64,000 nucleotides of DNA, taken from positions 7,378,001 through 7,442,000 of the forward strand of contig CM102286.1 in NCBI GenBank assembly GCA_046563655.1. The letters run 5' to 3'. The first letter of the stretch is position 1, and each line of letters begins with the position of its first letter. A program made the translations under genes and the position numbers. The DNA comes from Yuukianura sp. NJ FZ-2021 (lineage: Eukaryota). The notes below the pieces were generated by a model, which was given only the letters and a program-made list of their open reading frames with translations, was not told the DNA's origin and did no database searches. Below are positions 39,401-54,400 of this stretch, piece after piece.

Positions 39401-42400
39401 CTCTGCATGGTAAGAAACTAAAAAGGAAGTTCTTAGTTCTACAGCCAAGCAGAGGATGCGTTTAGTTGAATTGAAACTCGAGGAAGATCTGAGAGATGAG
39501 AGACAATTGATTTAGATGAAGTGATAAGATCCCTTCAATGTAAAAAATCTAATAATCCCTGGGTGTTGAAGATTTCATTTTCCTTGGTCCTTGGTAGGAT
39601 TTATGTTCTAAAAAGTCTAAAGAGTGAAGTCTATATTATATAGACTACAAAACATAAAATATGTTCTGTCTGCAGCTCTATTAACTTACAGAGCAGCTCG
39701 AAATAAATGCATCCTGCATTCGTTATTCCAGTCACACACACCTTGCTTTCCTAATGCCCTGCCCGGTTCCAAGAAATTACACATCTTCCTTCCATCCAAC
39801 ACATGCTTCCAACCATACTTCCAAGTATATACTGCCAAGTACAAGTCTTGGAAGTGGAATTGGAATGAGAAAAGCAACAGGGTTCTTATTTATTAGCGAC
39901 TAACGAGTTGGAAATATCTGACTTCTGCAAGAACCAAGGCATATGGTGAGAACAGGGCTTAACTCTTTAGTCTTTAACCTTTTGTTTGACTTCTCCATAG
40001 ATTTGTTGTAACAAGTAACGAGTTGGGTAATTGGTCACACTTGACCCTCGTACATAACAAGAACCAACAAATTGAGGCGACGGACAAGTTGCTTCTAATC
40101 CCCCGAGAGCGGCAAATTCAACGCTCAAACGACAAAAAAAAAACGCAACGATATCAACAGCACATAATTCAGAAAAAAAGAAAACATTTTTGAGTTTTCA
40201 CTGTCCGATTTTCAATTTTCTATTTTTTAAGCGTATGTCTCTGATCCTACAAACACAGTTTAATACCAAAATAACTTCAATACTAATGTAAATTTTTCAA
40301 AAACTTTCCATTTTAAAAAAGTTTAACCGAAAATCCTGATTTGGGGTTTGGAAGAGTTCGAACTTTCCCTCCGCAGCTTTCTCCGATTAGGCGTCAAATC
40401 TGACAGAGAAAATGCACCACATGTAAAAACTAATTAAAAAATTCAAATTCGGAAACTCAAAACTTTTAAGCATCTTTCAACGTTTTAAAAAATCCGAACG
40501 TCACTAATCCCCAAAGAAAGCCCGTCTCTGTTTTTTTTTTCACTTAAAACATTATGGGGGTAGAATTAATCTTCTTAGGTCGCAGTTTGCAGGAGAAAAT
40601 AAGCTCTTTGAGGTAGTATATAACGCACGCACAAACTAAAAACACGCTTACTTTTGGGCAATAAACCCCCATTGTTTGTGCAAGGGCTCAAAGTCTCCAG
40701 TCCATATCCATACTTAAACTTTCTTTGAAGTCAATGAAACTGCACAAAAGTAAAAGTAAACTAAAAGACGCGTTAACTTTCACTACCGGAAAATACACGC
40801 ATCGGACTGTAAGCAAGAAAAGTAAAAGTAAAACGAAAAGTAAAACTTTTAAAAAAAATATTATGAAAAGGCATCAAAACTCAGGGAAACATTACACGGG
40901 CAATTAATTTTTTCGCATGTTATTTCTGCCATTCTAGCAATAAAACTAAACGTTGCTCGCTTTCGCCCATCCAAGCGACAAGAAATTTAACATGACATTG
41001 CAAAAACGACCATAAAATTCTAGTTTACCAGTTTTGTAACTTTCGTGTGTGTTTCCTTTCTCGACATTTATAGGAAGTGAAAGTTCGCTTTCTCCTGAAA
41101 CATAAACGCCAAAACGCGTTTTATTGTTTTACAGTCTAAGAACTCTGCGTGAAAGCAGTCACTTTCGATCTGTCCCATCGTTAAGCTCCCCTTGTGAAAA
41201 GCCAAGCCCTACTCACCAGTATAAAATTGAAATAAATTTATAAATTATTCCTGAAAGTTTATTGATTTCCGCTCCTTTCGAATAGGAAATACTCAACAAG
41301 AGGGTTCGTTGTGTTTCGTTTGTGTAGGCTTTGACTTGTCATGCAGCTTTTCAAAAAAAAGTCTTTTACGGAAGAACTACTTAGAATTCAGCGACACACA
41401 CTCTACGCATTACCCGATGACTATCGGCTAAAAGCATTTTTGACTTCTTGCACAATAATCCAGAGAAAACTCTATACAACTTAAAGCGGCAGGTCTAGCA
41501 CACAAGTTTAAGCAGCACGACTTAAGCCGCTTTGGCGGCAAATCACTCAGAAAGTCAAAAAAAAAATCTTGCCTACAGCAAACAAAAAAGTGAAAACGAA
41601 TCCTGGAAAAGTGTCTAATTCGGTGTTAATTGTCATAAATGGCTTCCGAATTGCTCACTCAGCACTTTGAATAGCAAATGAAGTGACAGCGAAGAAAGTA
41701 AGATTAGTTGGAGTGTTCTTTATCAACCCAAGTAATTCATTCCTGTCATCCAGTTGTCACAACTTCTAAAGGCGGCAAGTGACTACCAGTTACGAACACA
41801 GTGGTCTAAAATATTCCCGCTTAAATAAAAAATCAAGCTTTTTAGAAGTGTCAAAGCAGAAATGAGCGTCCTTTTATTTATTTACCAGCAACAGAATGCG
41901 TATTAAATTACTCAATTTCATTTTCCTCCTCTCTCAACACGTCTCTTTTAATTTAGCTTTTCTTCATCCATATTTTATTTTGGTCCCTTTGAGTCATAGT
42001 CATCACAAACAAAATGCAAAACACTGACAGCTTTTTTCAGTGATTCACACAAGGGTGCCATTGAGCATTTGTTGCTGACAGAGACACAATTTGATATAAA
42101 CATTGCGTTCTCAAAATAGTGAACTCAGTTAAATCTAATGTGACACAAAGGAGTTAACCTCTGTACTAAAGTAAGCAAAATCGTGACAAAGTGACATTAT
42201 GGTATACACGAAACTCAAAAATATACCAAGAACGTTGACTCAACTAAAACAATCATAGATCAGATCAATAGCCTCTCCATACATACGTGATTTTTAAGAT
42301 GTAAACATTGACATAAATTGCGACTAAGACTAACATAAGAGTCATGGTCTGAGCTTTTGCCCATTTCGGTACCATAAAATAAAACAACCGTGACAACTCC

Positions 42401-45400
42401 ATGCAATTCCCAGCGAAAGAGCAACCTATAAACAGCATTTCGAAAATGCTGTTTCAAAATTCAAAAAACCAATTCAAAACACCCATTAACCACTTCAGAA
42501 AAGCTGTTCTGCAATTGTGTATTTCAAATTTATACTTTAGGTGATGCTGCTCTCAACAACTTTTTTTGAACAACTTTTTTATTTCTCACCTCTCACACAA
42601 ATAGTCTTATTTGTATCAACCGTATTCATTAAATTCAAGTTTTCATCTTCCCCTCTTCTCCCCTTGGCACTGAAATCCCAGATCCCAAATACTACAAGTA
42701 CATTTTCAAATTTCCTTTGAATTTTGAATCTCATTCTACTCACGATTCTCATCTTCTCTCGCCCTGTCACTATTTACATCTCACCCGGGCACCTTCAAGA
42801 TCTAAAGTGTGCATAGCTGCATCCAGCATCCTCTTCAATCTGTGGTAGCACTACAACTTACAGATTCTTTTCCGTTTTCCCTAACAATCTTCCCCTAATA
42901 CAATCCACTCCCGTCTTAACTTTGAAAACAATGAATCCCCAGCTCAGCCAAATCTGTCAAAAATGTCACGCCCCACAATTCTCCGTTTCCTTGTCATGTC
43001 ACCCGCCCCTGGTGCAAATTTTTTTCCACGAATTTTATTGCACATCCAACAAATTGTCAAAAAATTATTTTAAAGCGTCTCAAACTATGTAATTTAAATA
43101 AATTTCAACCTAACACCACTACCACATACGTATTCCCTGCACTTTACATTAGTATATTACAAAAGAGGTTACCTTAAAAGTTCAAGAGAACACTCTTGAG
43201 CAAGAGGACTTAAAAGGGCCCTTAAGTCCCAACCCGTCAAAGGACTCGACTTAATTCGCAAAAAATGAACTAAAAGCAAAGTAACTGGTCTATTCAAGGC
43301 ATTTCGGAATTTCAGAATTTCAAACCAGAAAGTTGTCAACGACCTGTCAAAATGTCCCCAAACATCTCCATGGCCCTTTTCAGCTTCCCCAAGGGGACTC
43401 CCCTCCGTCTTCTCGACATATGTCACACAATTGAAAAATACTGAAAACTCAAGTGAAAACTTAGAATTTAAGCAGAGGCAGAGGATTGGAGCAGCAGAGC
43501 ATTCCTAAGCTACAGTTCGAAACTAAATTCAAAACATTTAGAAAAACTGGAGAACTCCAGATTCCCAAAATAGAAATTCTGAAAAAAAAACAACTAAAAT
43601 ACTTGTGAGCGGTTCCATTTTCAGTACAAGGAGGGTGATAGCGTTGAACTGCCGCCGTGCCGAACGAAGGTGATGAAAAATAGTGAAAGTTCCGACTTAT
43701 TACTTCCTCCACGCACAGAAAACTCAACACCACGGTAATAAATCAACAGCAACACGTTCAGTACTTCATCTTAGCCCGATTCTTTCCCGCCATTTTCATC
43801 ACAGATTAAAAATTGGACAAATTTATGAGAATGTGCGTTAACTTTACTAAATTTTCAATGCTAAATGCCAAAAAATCACTCAGAATCAAATCGTTCTTGG
43901 GTAAAAACTTTCAGAAAATCTTGTACCGAGAAAATTCAGATTTTGAAATGAACTTGCAATTTTGGAAAATCACAATTACGGTAAATATCAAACTAATGAT
44001 AGCAATTCAGCATACGCTACGACCCAAATGCTGCCCATCAGCCCGACTCAGTGAACAATATTTGCTCAAGCGTTAAGTCTCGAGGCAGATACAAACTGTC
44101 TCCCCTTTCTGTGCAACAAAGTCCATATAACATATTGTCTGTCATGCCGCCGAATAATTAAATCCCAAGCAATAAACTACAAAGTTAGGATCTCAAAACA
44201 GAACGACAATGTCAAAGGTTGCTTCAGAACAGATTTTGACGGAAAAAGAAGCCATTGGTGTCTAATAGGCATGACACAGAAGATGGATTCATTCAATCCA
44301 AATGTGGTTTGTTTGGCAAAAACAGATTGCGGTGCAGTGGGATTGAAGGAAAATAGAAAGTAACGGGCGGAATTGGATACCAACAACATTTGATCTCTCC
44401 GAATTTCGGATAAAAGCGGGAAGAATAGGAATCCTTTGCTCACCAACCCATGATAATGTGATCACATCACCATCTTCATGTCTCCTTTCCAGTTCCCCTC
44501 ATTTCCATTGATCCCATACTTACATCGCAGGAGACATTCGTTCTGTTAATAATACCGGGATTCTGACAATAATACCTCAATTTCACTCTAAGGGTTCTCA
44601 GAGCCCTATTGTTCTGGTACAAGAGCCCTGAACCATAGGTCACAAACATTTCTAAGGTTTCACTTCATTTCCAGTGTCAACCGTCGTCACTCATTTTCCT
44701 CTCCATCTGTTTGGCACGAGATTTAAATCAGGCCAAAAATCAACGCCCAACCTCCATCTCTAATTTTTACCAATGGCAAGGGTCAAATATACCGTAAATC
44801 TTCAAATAGTGCCCCGGAGTTTCGTTGTTTCGTTGACCTTGACCTGTGAATGGTGTGGGATCGGTAATACTACTAGGAATCCCGGGTATTCTTCAAAGAA
44901 GGGTTATTATTTGAAAATTTACGGTACTTGGCCGTGAGTTTTTTTTTTGTTCGCCGTTATAAAATACCACGTTTCATTAAAACTCACAACTATTCCACAT
45001 GTTTTTCTGAGTAAATTTTAGGTAAAATATTTAGAAATGTGAAAATACTTAAAATTTGATTTGAGGAGAGTGGAATAAACCTTTGCCCATAACCTTATAA
45101 AACAGTTATGGCTTCCCAATTCGACTTTCCCTTCCTGCAATCCCATTAACGTAAAACCTTACTTTCTCCTAAATTTCATGCACTCCGCCCTTCCCTTCCT
45201 CAATACTAAAACAGCCATGAATTCATACTGTATTTTTAGCACTGCCTAGAATAAACGAGGAAACCAGTTATAGGCAAGGAAGGGGAAAAAGTCAACGCAA
45301 TTCTACGAAATTCAAAATCGAAGTGCATTGAATTTCGTCCCTCGAGAGCTTCCCAGCAGAACAAACAAATGAACCAGAAAGTTCAAACCAATAACCTCTA

Positions 45401-48400
45401 CCTAGAAAACACAAATAACGATTTCCACTTTCACTTTCTGTGCGTTTCCATTCCCTCCAATGCTACTCGTTTTCCATGCATTTCTACCTCAAAAATATGC
45501 TAAAACGCAAAAACATAATCAGAAAAGAAAACAAATGCTCTGCAAAAAGTCAACAAAACACGTTTTCCATAAAATAACATCAAAAACTCAAAAAGCTCAC
45601 AAACACACTAATTTCCTTAATCAATAAAACACAAAGCTCCATCATTTCTAAAAACCATGTTTTTGTGTAACCAATCGAATCCTAAAGAATCGGTCAGAAA
45701 AAGTCGCCTTCCGCAATCAAACATTCTCCAAAACAATAAAATTTAAAATTTCGATTCTACAATTTCAAAAACTTCCAAAAATGACAGACCAACATTAAAA
45801 AAAAATACCCGCTCATAGATAAAAATTTGTATTTTTTCTTATTTGTTCAGAATTTAATTCAGGCAACTATAAATGGTTTACCTAAACAAATGATGGGGCA
45901 TAATGAGAAACTTCTTTTTTCTCAATAATAGTCAACATTAATCAGTTAGAAACAGGGCCATTATGCATTATCTTTGGCGGGGTAAGTGAATAGAAGCTTT
46001 AAAAGAGCATCTCTGCACTTTTTATTATTCCTTACAAACAAAAGGCTTCCCGTAACATGCGGCTCCCAGAACACAAACAGTTTCGGGTGGCGTATAAAAA
46101 TAATAAACCAGGAACCGGATTGATAGGGAAGCGGGGGTTTTTACAAAGCCCCCCATTGTATGGAATTGCGTTATTAAAAAAATAAACCCCCGACTCCTTT
46201 ATTATGCAGATTTTCACCCCTTCCTGCTCCTAATGCAAACATTAAATGCACAATAATACACAAACTTTCCCTCCCTTTCCCAACACAGTTTATAGAAAAA
46301 CACTATTTTTACATTACCGTTTCGTGAGAGTAAATTACCGTATTTTCCCTGAAATAGTCCCTATTGCATATCACCGTTGCAATGAAGTCCAAGTATACCC
46401 GTGTAATATTCCAGGAAATACGGTAAAAGTAATTTTTAAGGTAAGGGCGTTCGTTTGCGTTCCTTCCCGTTCTCGTAAAGTAAAACTAAACAAACGTTTG
46501 CACGCAGACTTGAATTATCCCGCCCAGGCAAAGCTCGTAATCAACCCTAAGCTTCACTTGGGCGCCGAATTCAGTGGAAACAGCTTAGAAATAACCCTAA
46601 ATTACAATCCCAGTTCCAGTCAATGTCAAGTCAAATGAAGCACAACGAACTGACTTTCTCCGTCTTAATTAACCGACAAAGAAAGTAGCTGTCGGGAGCA
46701 ACAGAGCTTTAATAAGAGCCATTTAATTTCTGTTCAACTCCTGTTTTTATTTTCACTTCCCGCCAAAATTGAAAACATCCGCCACACTCACTGCCATATT
46801 CAGAGCCAATCATTAATTTGGAGCCTATTCTAAGAGCAAACCCCCCAAACAGCATTCCGATCATCAATCTACATCGCCTCTAGACAGCTCCAAACCCGAA
46901 CGTTTTCCTAGACTGACAGCATTTGAGAAAGTCGAAACTCCGGAGAGAGTAAATCATGAATTGAAAGCGGTGAATTCGATATGCCCTAAAGTACGCATGC
47001 TGTCGTCCGTTTACCATTAGTCCACGAAACCAAAAAAATAACTTATGTATCCAAACTGTGATTGAGTCTGAACGAAAAGAAATGGAAACGAAAGTGATCT
47101 GACATTGAAAGACTGGAATCCCACGTCCAGGAAATCCAGAATGAATTGAACTACACTCCAAGACTCAACCAAAGTCAATCTCAATCTACCTAAATCATTT
47201 CCACTAGACTTCCCCATCTTCAAGTGCTTCGTTGCTTCTGTCAAATGTTAACTCACAGTAGGTCGTCTTCAACTGACTACAAAACTCATCATAATCAAAA
47301 AAAAACGAACTAATAAAAAATATTTTTCAAAAACCGAAATTGAACAAGCAAAAGCACACAGTAATCCTGATTTAATATTTTAATCCTAACTTCCTGATTT
47401 TGATTCCCCAACTCCGGAAATTAAAAGGCTAATCCGAACCGAATTCGTCCCTACCCTTGTAACCACCAGTCATAAATAATTTTCAAAATTCGTTCATACT
47501 ACAATTTGAAAAAGTAAAATTTCATAAACTGAAATAAGGTTTTCTTGCTTTCGCCTAGCAGTATAGCTACTAGAAAAAAAGAAAAAACAAAAGTCGAACA
47601 ATTTGATTTTACAACTTTTTGTTTCCAAACTTTTTGTTTTTCTTCAACCACAAACAATCAATCATTTTTCCACTAAAAAGTCACCTTCAATTTCACTTTG
47701 CGCTGGAAACTTGGAGTAAAATAAAGTTAGTGGACAAAAACATGGTACGAAGGTAACAATATTTTCTTAAATTATGTTCGCTTAACCTCTCAAAGTGAAA
47801 TGGTGAATCACAGGTTGAGATTCGATATTCGTATCAGAATTGAGCTTTCTCATCCCATTACTTCTGCTGGACTTGGCAAACTCATCAATTCACGTCCCGG
47901 TCCATCAAGACGCACTTCGTGAAAGATGCAATTGAATACAAAGTAGACTAGGGAGAGAAGTAGCGACAGCGATAGATAAAATTTCCTTTAGAAATGAAGA
48001 ATTTCTCAAATATTTTCTCAAATCGGTGCACGCATCTGGCAGGGGTGTGAATTGTTATATATTCATATATTTCATTCTGCGTTCACACCCCGTTACAATT
48101 AAAATACAATTCAAACTCTACATAATACACGAGAAAAAGAACACAAAATTCAAATAACTTCATCAACTTGTATTCATTCCATAAAAAATAAGAGCAGCTT
48201 GGTTCCGCTTGAGAACAACAAGAGTGAAGTGATCTCAAGGGCCCCTTACCCTTCTTATGCCAAGGGCCAAAGCCACAACCTGAAGCCCTAAAAACACGCA
48301 ACCTCTGCCACAATTTTCAAAATTTTGAAATACGGTAACCCATAAGTTCCCCCCTCTCTTAATTACTTTCAACAACTTAAATCCGGGAAGAAGGCAGGTG

Positions 48401-51400
48401 AGAATGACCCCATCAACTTCCTCTATGCTACAAAAACCAAGGGCCCCCTAAAGGAGGCGTGCCCTTCCCACTGACACTTTTCCAATTTCTCAACTTGATA
48501 TATTAGGCCAAAGCGCATTTCAAGTTCAAAATGCTACGAACCGACGCCTTCCTAACCATAAACCAGTCGGAGTGTAGAAAAGTAGCGAAAGACGTCACTG
48601 GGTTAGTAAACGGCTACTAACATCGGACATACAGACAGACAGACAAGGTTGATCATAAAGTAGCTTTCACTACCTAACAAGTAGGGATGCCCCGAATATT
48701 GAAATGGCCGAATACCGAATAGCCGAATAATTTCAGAAAAAATATTCGCCGAAGCCGAATATTAGGCCGAATATTCGGCCGAATAAAATACGGTGTAGAA
48801 AGGTGGTAAAATAGAGAAATGCTGCCACTTCTGAGCAGAAATTTGAGTAGAAGACGCTCACAGGAGTATAAACAACAATGTATAAACAGTAAAATTTGCT
48901 TAAGCATGACATAATTCAGTCCGCTAATATTTCTTCATCGTTTATGGACAAGAAACAAGGTTGTTAAGGGCCCTTTCCACACGAAATCAGTGAAATTTTA
49001 CTCGTAAATAGGTATAATTATTCGGCCTAATATCTGGCCAGATAATTCGGCCAGATTTCTCGGAGGCCGAATATGCCGAATATTAAAAATTTCCAATATT
49101 AGCCGAATAATTATTCGGCCACCGAATATTCGGGGCATCCCTACTAACAAGTAAAACACGCTTACACTAAAAAACCTTTTCGACTTACGGCGTGTGTAAT
49201 CCTGAACAAAAACCGATTTTATAGAAAAGCAAACGTACGCACACACTTACTACCTCATTTGACCCTGATCAATCCCCAAAAAAAAGAAGATGATGATGAA
49301 TTGGCCTTTATGATTCACAAAATCTGACGGTAAGCTACAGATTTTCTGTTTTTAGTTTCCATCCCTCATGGATTTTCTATTTTTCAAAAATCCCCCTTAT
49401 TACACAATTTTAACATGATAATCAGCTCAGCTAGGAACAGCGTCCCACAATTCAAAATTCCAAATTAAGTTCCTATCCCTAAACAATCCTTCTCGTCGCC
49501 CGTGTTCTTGATCATAATCTATCCAGTATTGCTTTCGGATTGGTCGGATTAACCGGGTAATAAATTATAGGGTTGAAACACGTATCGTTCAATACATATG
49601 CCCGATTCCCAGTTTTCACACGGATACTTAAATTAATTTCACTGATGACATGCTACTATGGCTTTGCATGGCACATGCGCATCCGGAGCAGCCTAAAAAT
49701 GAAATCGGTTATAATTTTCTCCTTTCCGTGAAACTTTCTCACTAACTAAGCTTAAAACTCAAGATTTTCTTACTTACTTTAAAAAAGAAAAACACAAAAA
49801 ATATCGGGAACCTAACCGGTATTTTCAAAATCCAACCTCAAAAATTCTTTAGTGTTAAAAATCGATATTAATAGAATAAAAAAGTCTAAAAACTGCTGAG
49901 CTTAAGTGAAAGTTAACCCCCAATCGTGCCGCAGGCCCGATCGTTGCTCCTTCCAATGCAGTATGATTCATAGAGACATTTGGTTGTGAGTGAAAGGAGG
50001 AGAAAAGAGGCTTATAAAATCCTGGCAATAAATCCAGATTAGAGAGGTGTGAATGAGAGATAGAGACATTTATGCCTTGGCCAAACGGAGGCAGTTGGGA
50101 CCATGTGGTCCATTTCAGGATCCATACAACCTACTAATTTACACTTAAATTCCCTACCGCCCAGCACCATTGCCCACTGCCATACTGCAACATAACCTAA
50201 ACTAACCCAAACTACCCGCTTTCTCTTCCGCTCTTCATCTCCGTAACTTGGCACCGAACAACAAACATGAAGAGAAGAGATATGCAGAGAAAGCAAAGCA
50301 ACTTAGCTACTGGTTCATGCTAAAGGCCGACGTAGTTCGCTTATGGGTGACAGCCCATCCGTTCGATTTGTCTGAAAATTTGCACAGCTGATCTCAAGGT
50401 CAATAAGAACAACTTTTGTACCGGGTCCAAATGGGGCATCAAGCGGTTTGACCTCCAGGGGTCACCAAAGGTCATGGGGGTCATCCTATGACGACCCCTA
50501 CAAGTTGGGTGTCGTTGGAAAGCTGTGGATCTGCTGATTCCAAAAATATATGGGTATTCATACTTTGGTTCAACCGCTTAGCCGATATAGATCAAGAAAG
50601 GTCATGTTTTCCTTTGGAGTTGTGCAACATATTTAAATGAGACCTTTCTTGACCCATATCCGTTACGTGGTTGAACCAAAGTATAGATACCCATTTATTT
50701 TTGGAATCAACAGATCCACAGCTTTCCAACGACACCCAACTTGTGGGGGTCGTCATAGGATGACCCCCATGACCTTTGGTGACCCCTGGAGGTCAAACCG
50801 CTTGATGCCCCATCTGGACCCTGTACAAAAGTTGTTCATATTGACCTCGAGATCAACTGTGCAAATTTTTAGACAAATCGAACGGATGGGCTGTCGCCCA
50901 TAAGCGAACTACGTCGGCCTTTCGGAAGCTGGAATATTTTGAAGAGAAATCTGAATAATAATACAGTGGCACAACTTAATTCCTCGATCCACTATGAAAT
51001 ATCCCCTTTGTTTAGCCGTATCAGCCAGAAACGCTCTCCAGGGAACATGTCCAAAATCCTTTTAAGAGCAATCCCTCCAGAGTAGCGTCTTTCTCTTCCT
51101 TATTTGTGGCATACCCGCATTCCTTCTAAGCTGCTAGGCTGCTACAAAGCTAACAGAAGTTTGGCAACTACAAGGCCACAAACACAATTGGCTTCATTTT
51201 CCAGGGGACGTTAATTGCAGAGATCTCTGGAGCTACAGTTGCAACATACAAGGCTCCACTGGGGGTCCACAGACACTAATAACCGCCGACTCTCAACAGT
51301 GTCTATCTAAAGTGCCAAATAACAATCCTAACCCTTGCTACTTCAAAGCCGTCTTTCATCTTTCTATTTCACATACCGTAAAACTTCCAACAAACGACCG

Positions 51401-54400
51401 GGCATAAATTCAAAGTCCAACTTCTTCCAACTTCGAACAAGGTCCTGACCCTACAAAGAACTAACGACGCTCGCTACTTTGTTACTGCTCTGCTTTAGTA
51501 TCAACCGACGTTTGTTAAGATTTCGGGTGTGTATCAGAAGTTTTACGGTATCACACTTTTAGCTTTTTCCTTAACAATAACACAAAGTCAAGGACCCCAC
51601 CGAGCGTGCACTTCCCACAACATCATCTTCATAACCTTTACTCGAAAAACTTGGTTATGATGACAGTGACATTCCCTGTTTTGGTCAGTCTGTCGTGATG
51701 CTGCAAATTGCAAAAGTTGTCATCATCATTATGCACCATCTTTTCCCGAACGCACTTCTATCTTCGACTGCTGCACTTAAGTGATAGATAACTCTGACCA
51801 TCACCACTTACACCCAATAGTGGCCAGAATGATTGCTTTCTCTCTCGATATCAGTCCAGCAGACTCCCTCCGTATAAAAATTCCATTAGTTTTGGCCATA
51901 TTAGGGTGACCATTTTATCCCACACTTGACTAATATATTTCCCACACACGTTCAAATCTCCACGTTTTCCCTCCTTACATCTTCCTCTTACGCTGAATCT
52001 GCCACTGCCAATTCCACAATTCGACTTTCGTATCAATAAAAGCCAAAAAGTGTATGTAAAATGTAAAAGTCCAATGCCAAAAAGGACTTACACTAAAAGT
52101 GGTCTCAGCCTTATCGATTTCTTTTACGTTTTTCGTTTTTCAAGTGAACTGACTCAACTGACGACGATCTTGAAATTCAAGTAAGCTGAATGTCACGAAG
52201 AATCCAAAAATCGAATAACCAGAGACTGAAACAAAGACGCCAAGATTGAAACACTTCACTAGAGAAACAGAAAGTGAAAGTAAAAGAGAGAAAGACACGA
52301 GAAAGCCATAAGCAGAATAAGATTGCGAGTGCCAAATTTCAATTCACTCTAGATCCACACGTCCAACTCTTAAATCTTCTCCTATTGTATTATTTGATAG
52401 AAAGGGTTGGAAAAGGCGGGTATCTTGTATGAAGATACCCGCATTGCACTCAAAAACTCCCGGGAAGACCATCCATGTAGGCTTTATCTTATCTCCTGAC
52501 TCATTTCCCGGTTCCTGCCTTTAATTGAAACTTTCTCAACAGCATCCCCAATCCAAATGGAAACTCAAAATCCACCCCACCAGTACCAATTTATGGAAAA
52601 CTGAATAAAAAGAGAAGCCAAGTTCAACGAGATTCAAAAAAGCAACATTTCTTCGTTTTTCCCGCGCATCGATTTTCACATAAACTGAATCCAACTTGGA
52701 AAAACGGAGTCACGGAAAAACAGTTTTTTTTTTTCGTTTTATATTTCACGCATCATTAGTTTCCCAACGAACTCTCCTGTCAAGGACACCCGAATTCCCT
52801 ATCTCTACGCATCTTCTTTTAATAAAACTCCGTTTTGGTTCGATTTCAGATTTCCATCTTTCATCATATTTTAGGCCATTTGAAATTTAAAGTAGAGAAA
52901 GTTACCCGACTAAAAAACAAAATCAGGAACAACTCATCTTCGTGTGAGGGACACACCAGTACTACCAGCAGAATGCTTCTGCGCACCACCCTGTTCCGTG
53001 ACCTTAAAGGTTAGGTTTTGTTAGGTTTACTACAGACATGACTCATGACCAGGAAAAACGAACGTTTCCTGAATATGGAAAAACTGTGCTCCACCGATCA
53101 GTCCCTACATCCGACATGCATCATACTTTTCTTAAGTTACGGTTATTAGTGGCGTTGTCATTAGGAAACGGTTGCATGTGAAGCAAATTACCCTTGTGTT
53201 TTTATGTTATGTTTTTTGGGCGGGAGTCGGTCTTTAGAACCAGGCCGGGAGTACCATAAATTCTAAGGTCTCTAATAACCCTGTCAGTCATAATTACACT
53301 ACTCTAAACCAGTCGAACAAACGCTACCATTACAGGGATTTAACTAACTATAACTCACTCTCAAATACTTCTGGAATCGTTAATTAATAATTATTTCCTA
53401 AATTATAGCTAAAAACCCCTTGTTAAAAATACAGAATTCAAACGTCTTTAACGAAGATTATCTGAATTGATTTATCGACACACAACGCAATCTGTCGATT
53501 TTTCGCAAGTCGTACCAACATCACTTCAAAAAATAATACAGTAGAACCCGTCATTAAGAAACTTTTAGCTCCGCCTCTCATGACGGCGGGATACTGAATA
53601 AAACTTAAATTTCTCCTCGTGGGATTTAACTTTTAAACAATACAAAAACTATTAATGTGATCCAATGTCTAAGTAGTGTTAGAATTTGGGCCTTACGGTA
53701 TTTTTTTATTAAAACAAACCACTAGAGCATGTTGCGCAAGCGCAATAAGAGATTCTACTGTATATCTTAAAATACACAAAACTTGTTTTTCAAAACTTCA
53801 AAAAACACCATTTGTTAAATCCAGAATCACACTTTGCCCACTTGAATACTAACAACGTAATTACATTTAAAACAGGTCATAAATATAATCTCAGAAGCCA
53901 TCCAGCTATCCTTTAGTTGCTGTTTGCTTAAAAGTCAGATAAAAATCGAACTTTGAGAGAAAAGCTTCGAGTACACTCCTAAGGTGGCTGCAATAGAAAG
54001 GTGGGCCCTTAGAAGCTTTTATAAGATGTTTGCTTTGTTCGCTGGCCTTATTACCGTGTCCATTAGGATGTAGGGACTACACTGTAGGGTGTTAGGATTT
54101 TGGAGGGGTTGTGGTACCCGGGTAGTGTGAGAGGGGTTGTGATGCCCGGGTAGCCTAAGTCCTCTCTTGGTTATCAAAATGGAAATCTTAACCAGCATCT
54201 GTCCAGAATTCTGGAATGGCACCCAGGGAAAAGAGAAGGTACAGAGCTTTTCTCTCCTTTCACTCCACTTGGCCAATTCGGACAAACCAAAGCCCTCTTA
54301 TTTGGAAAATTCACCCGCACCCTGTATGGCACACATTTTCAAAAATATCACAAAGAACTTTCTCGCTTCCACTTTTTCCAAAATCCCATCCTAAAACTCC

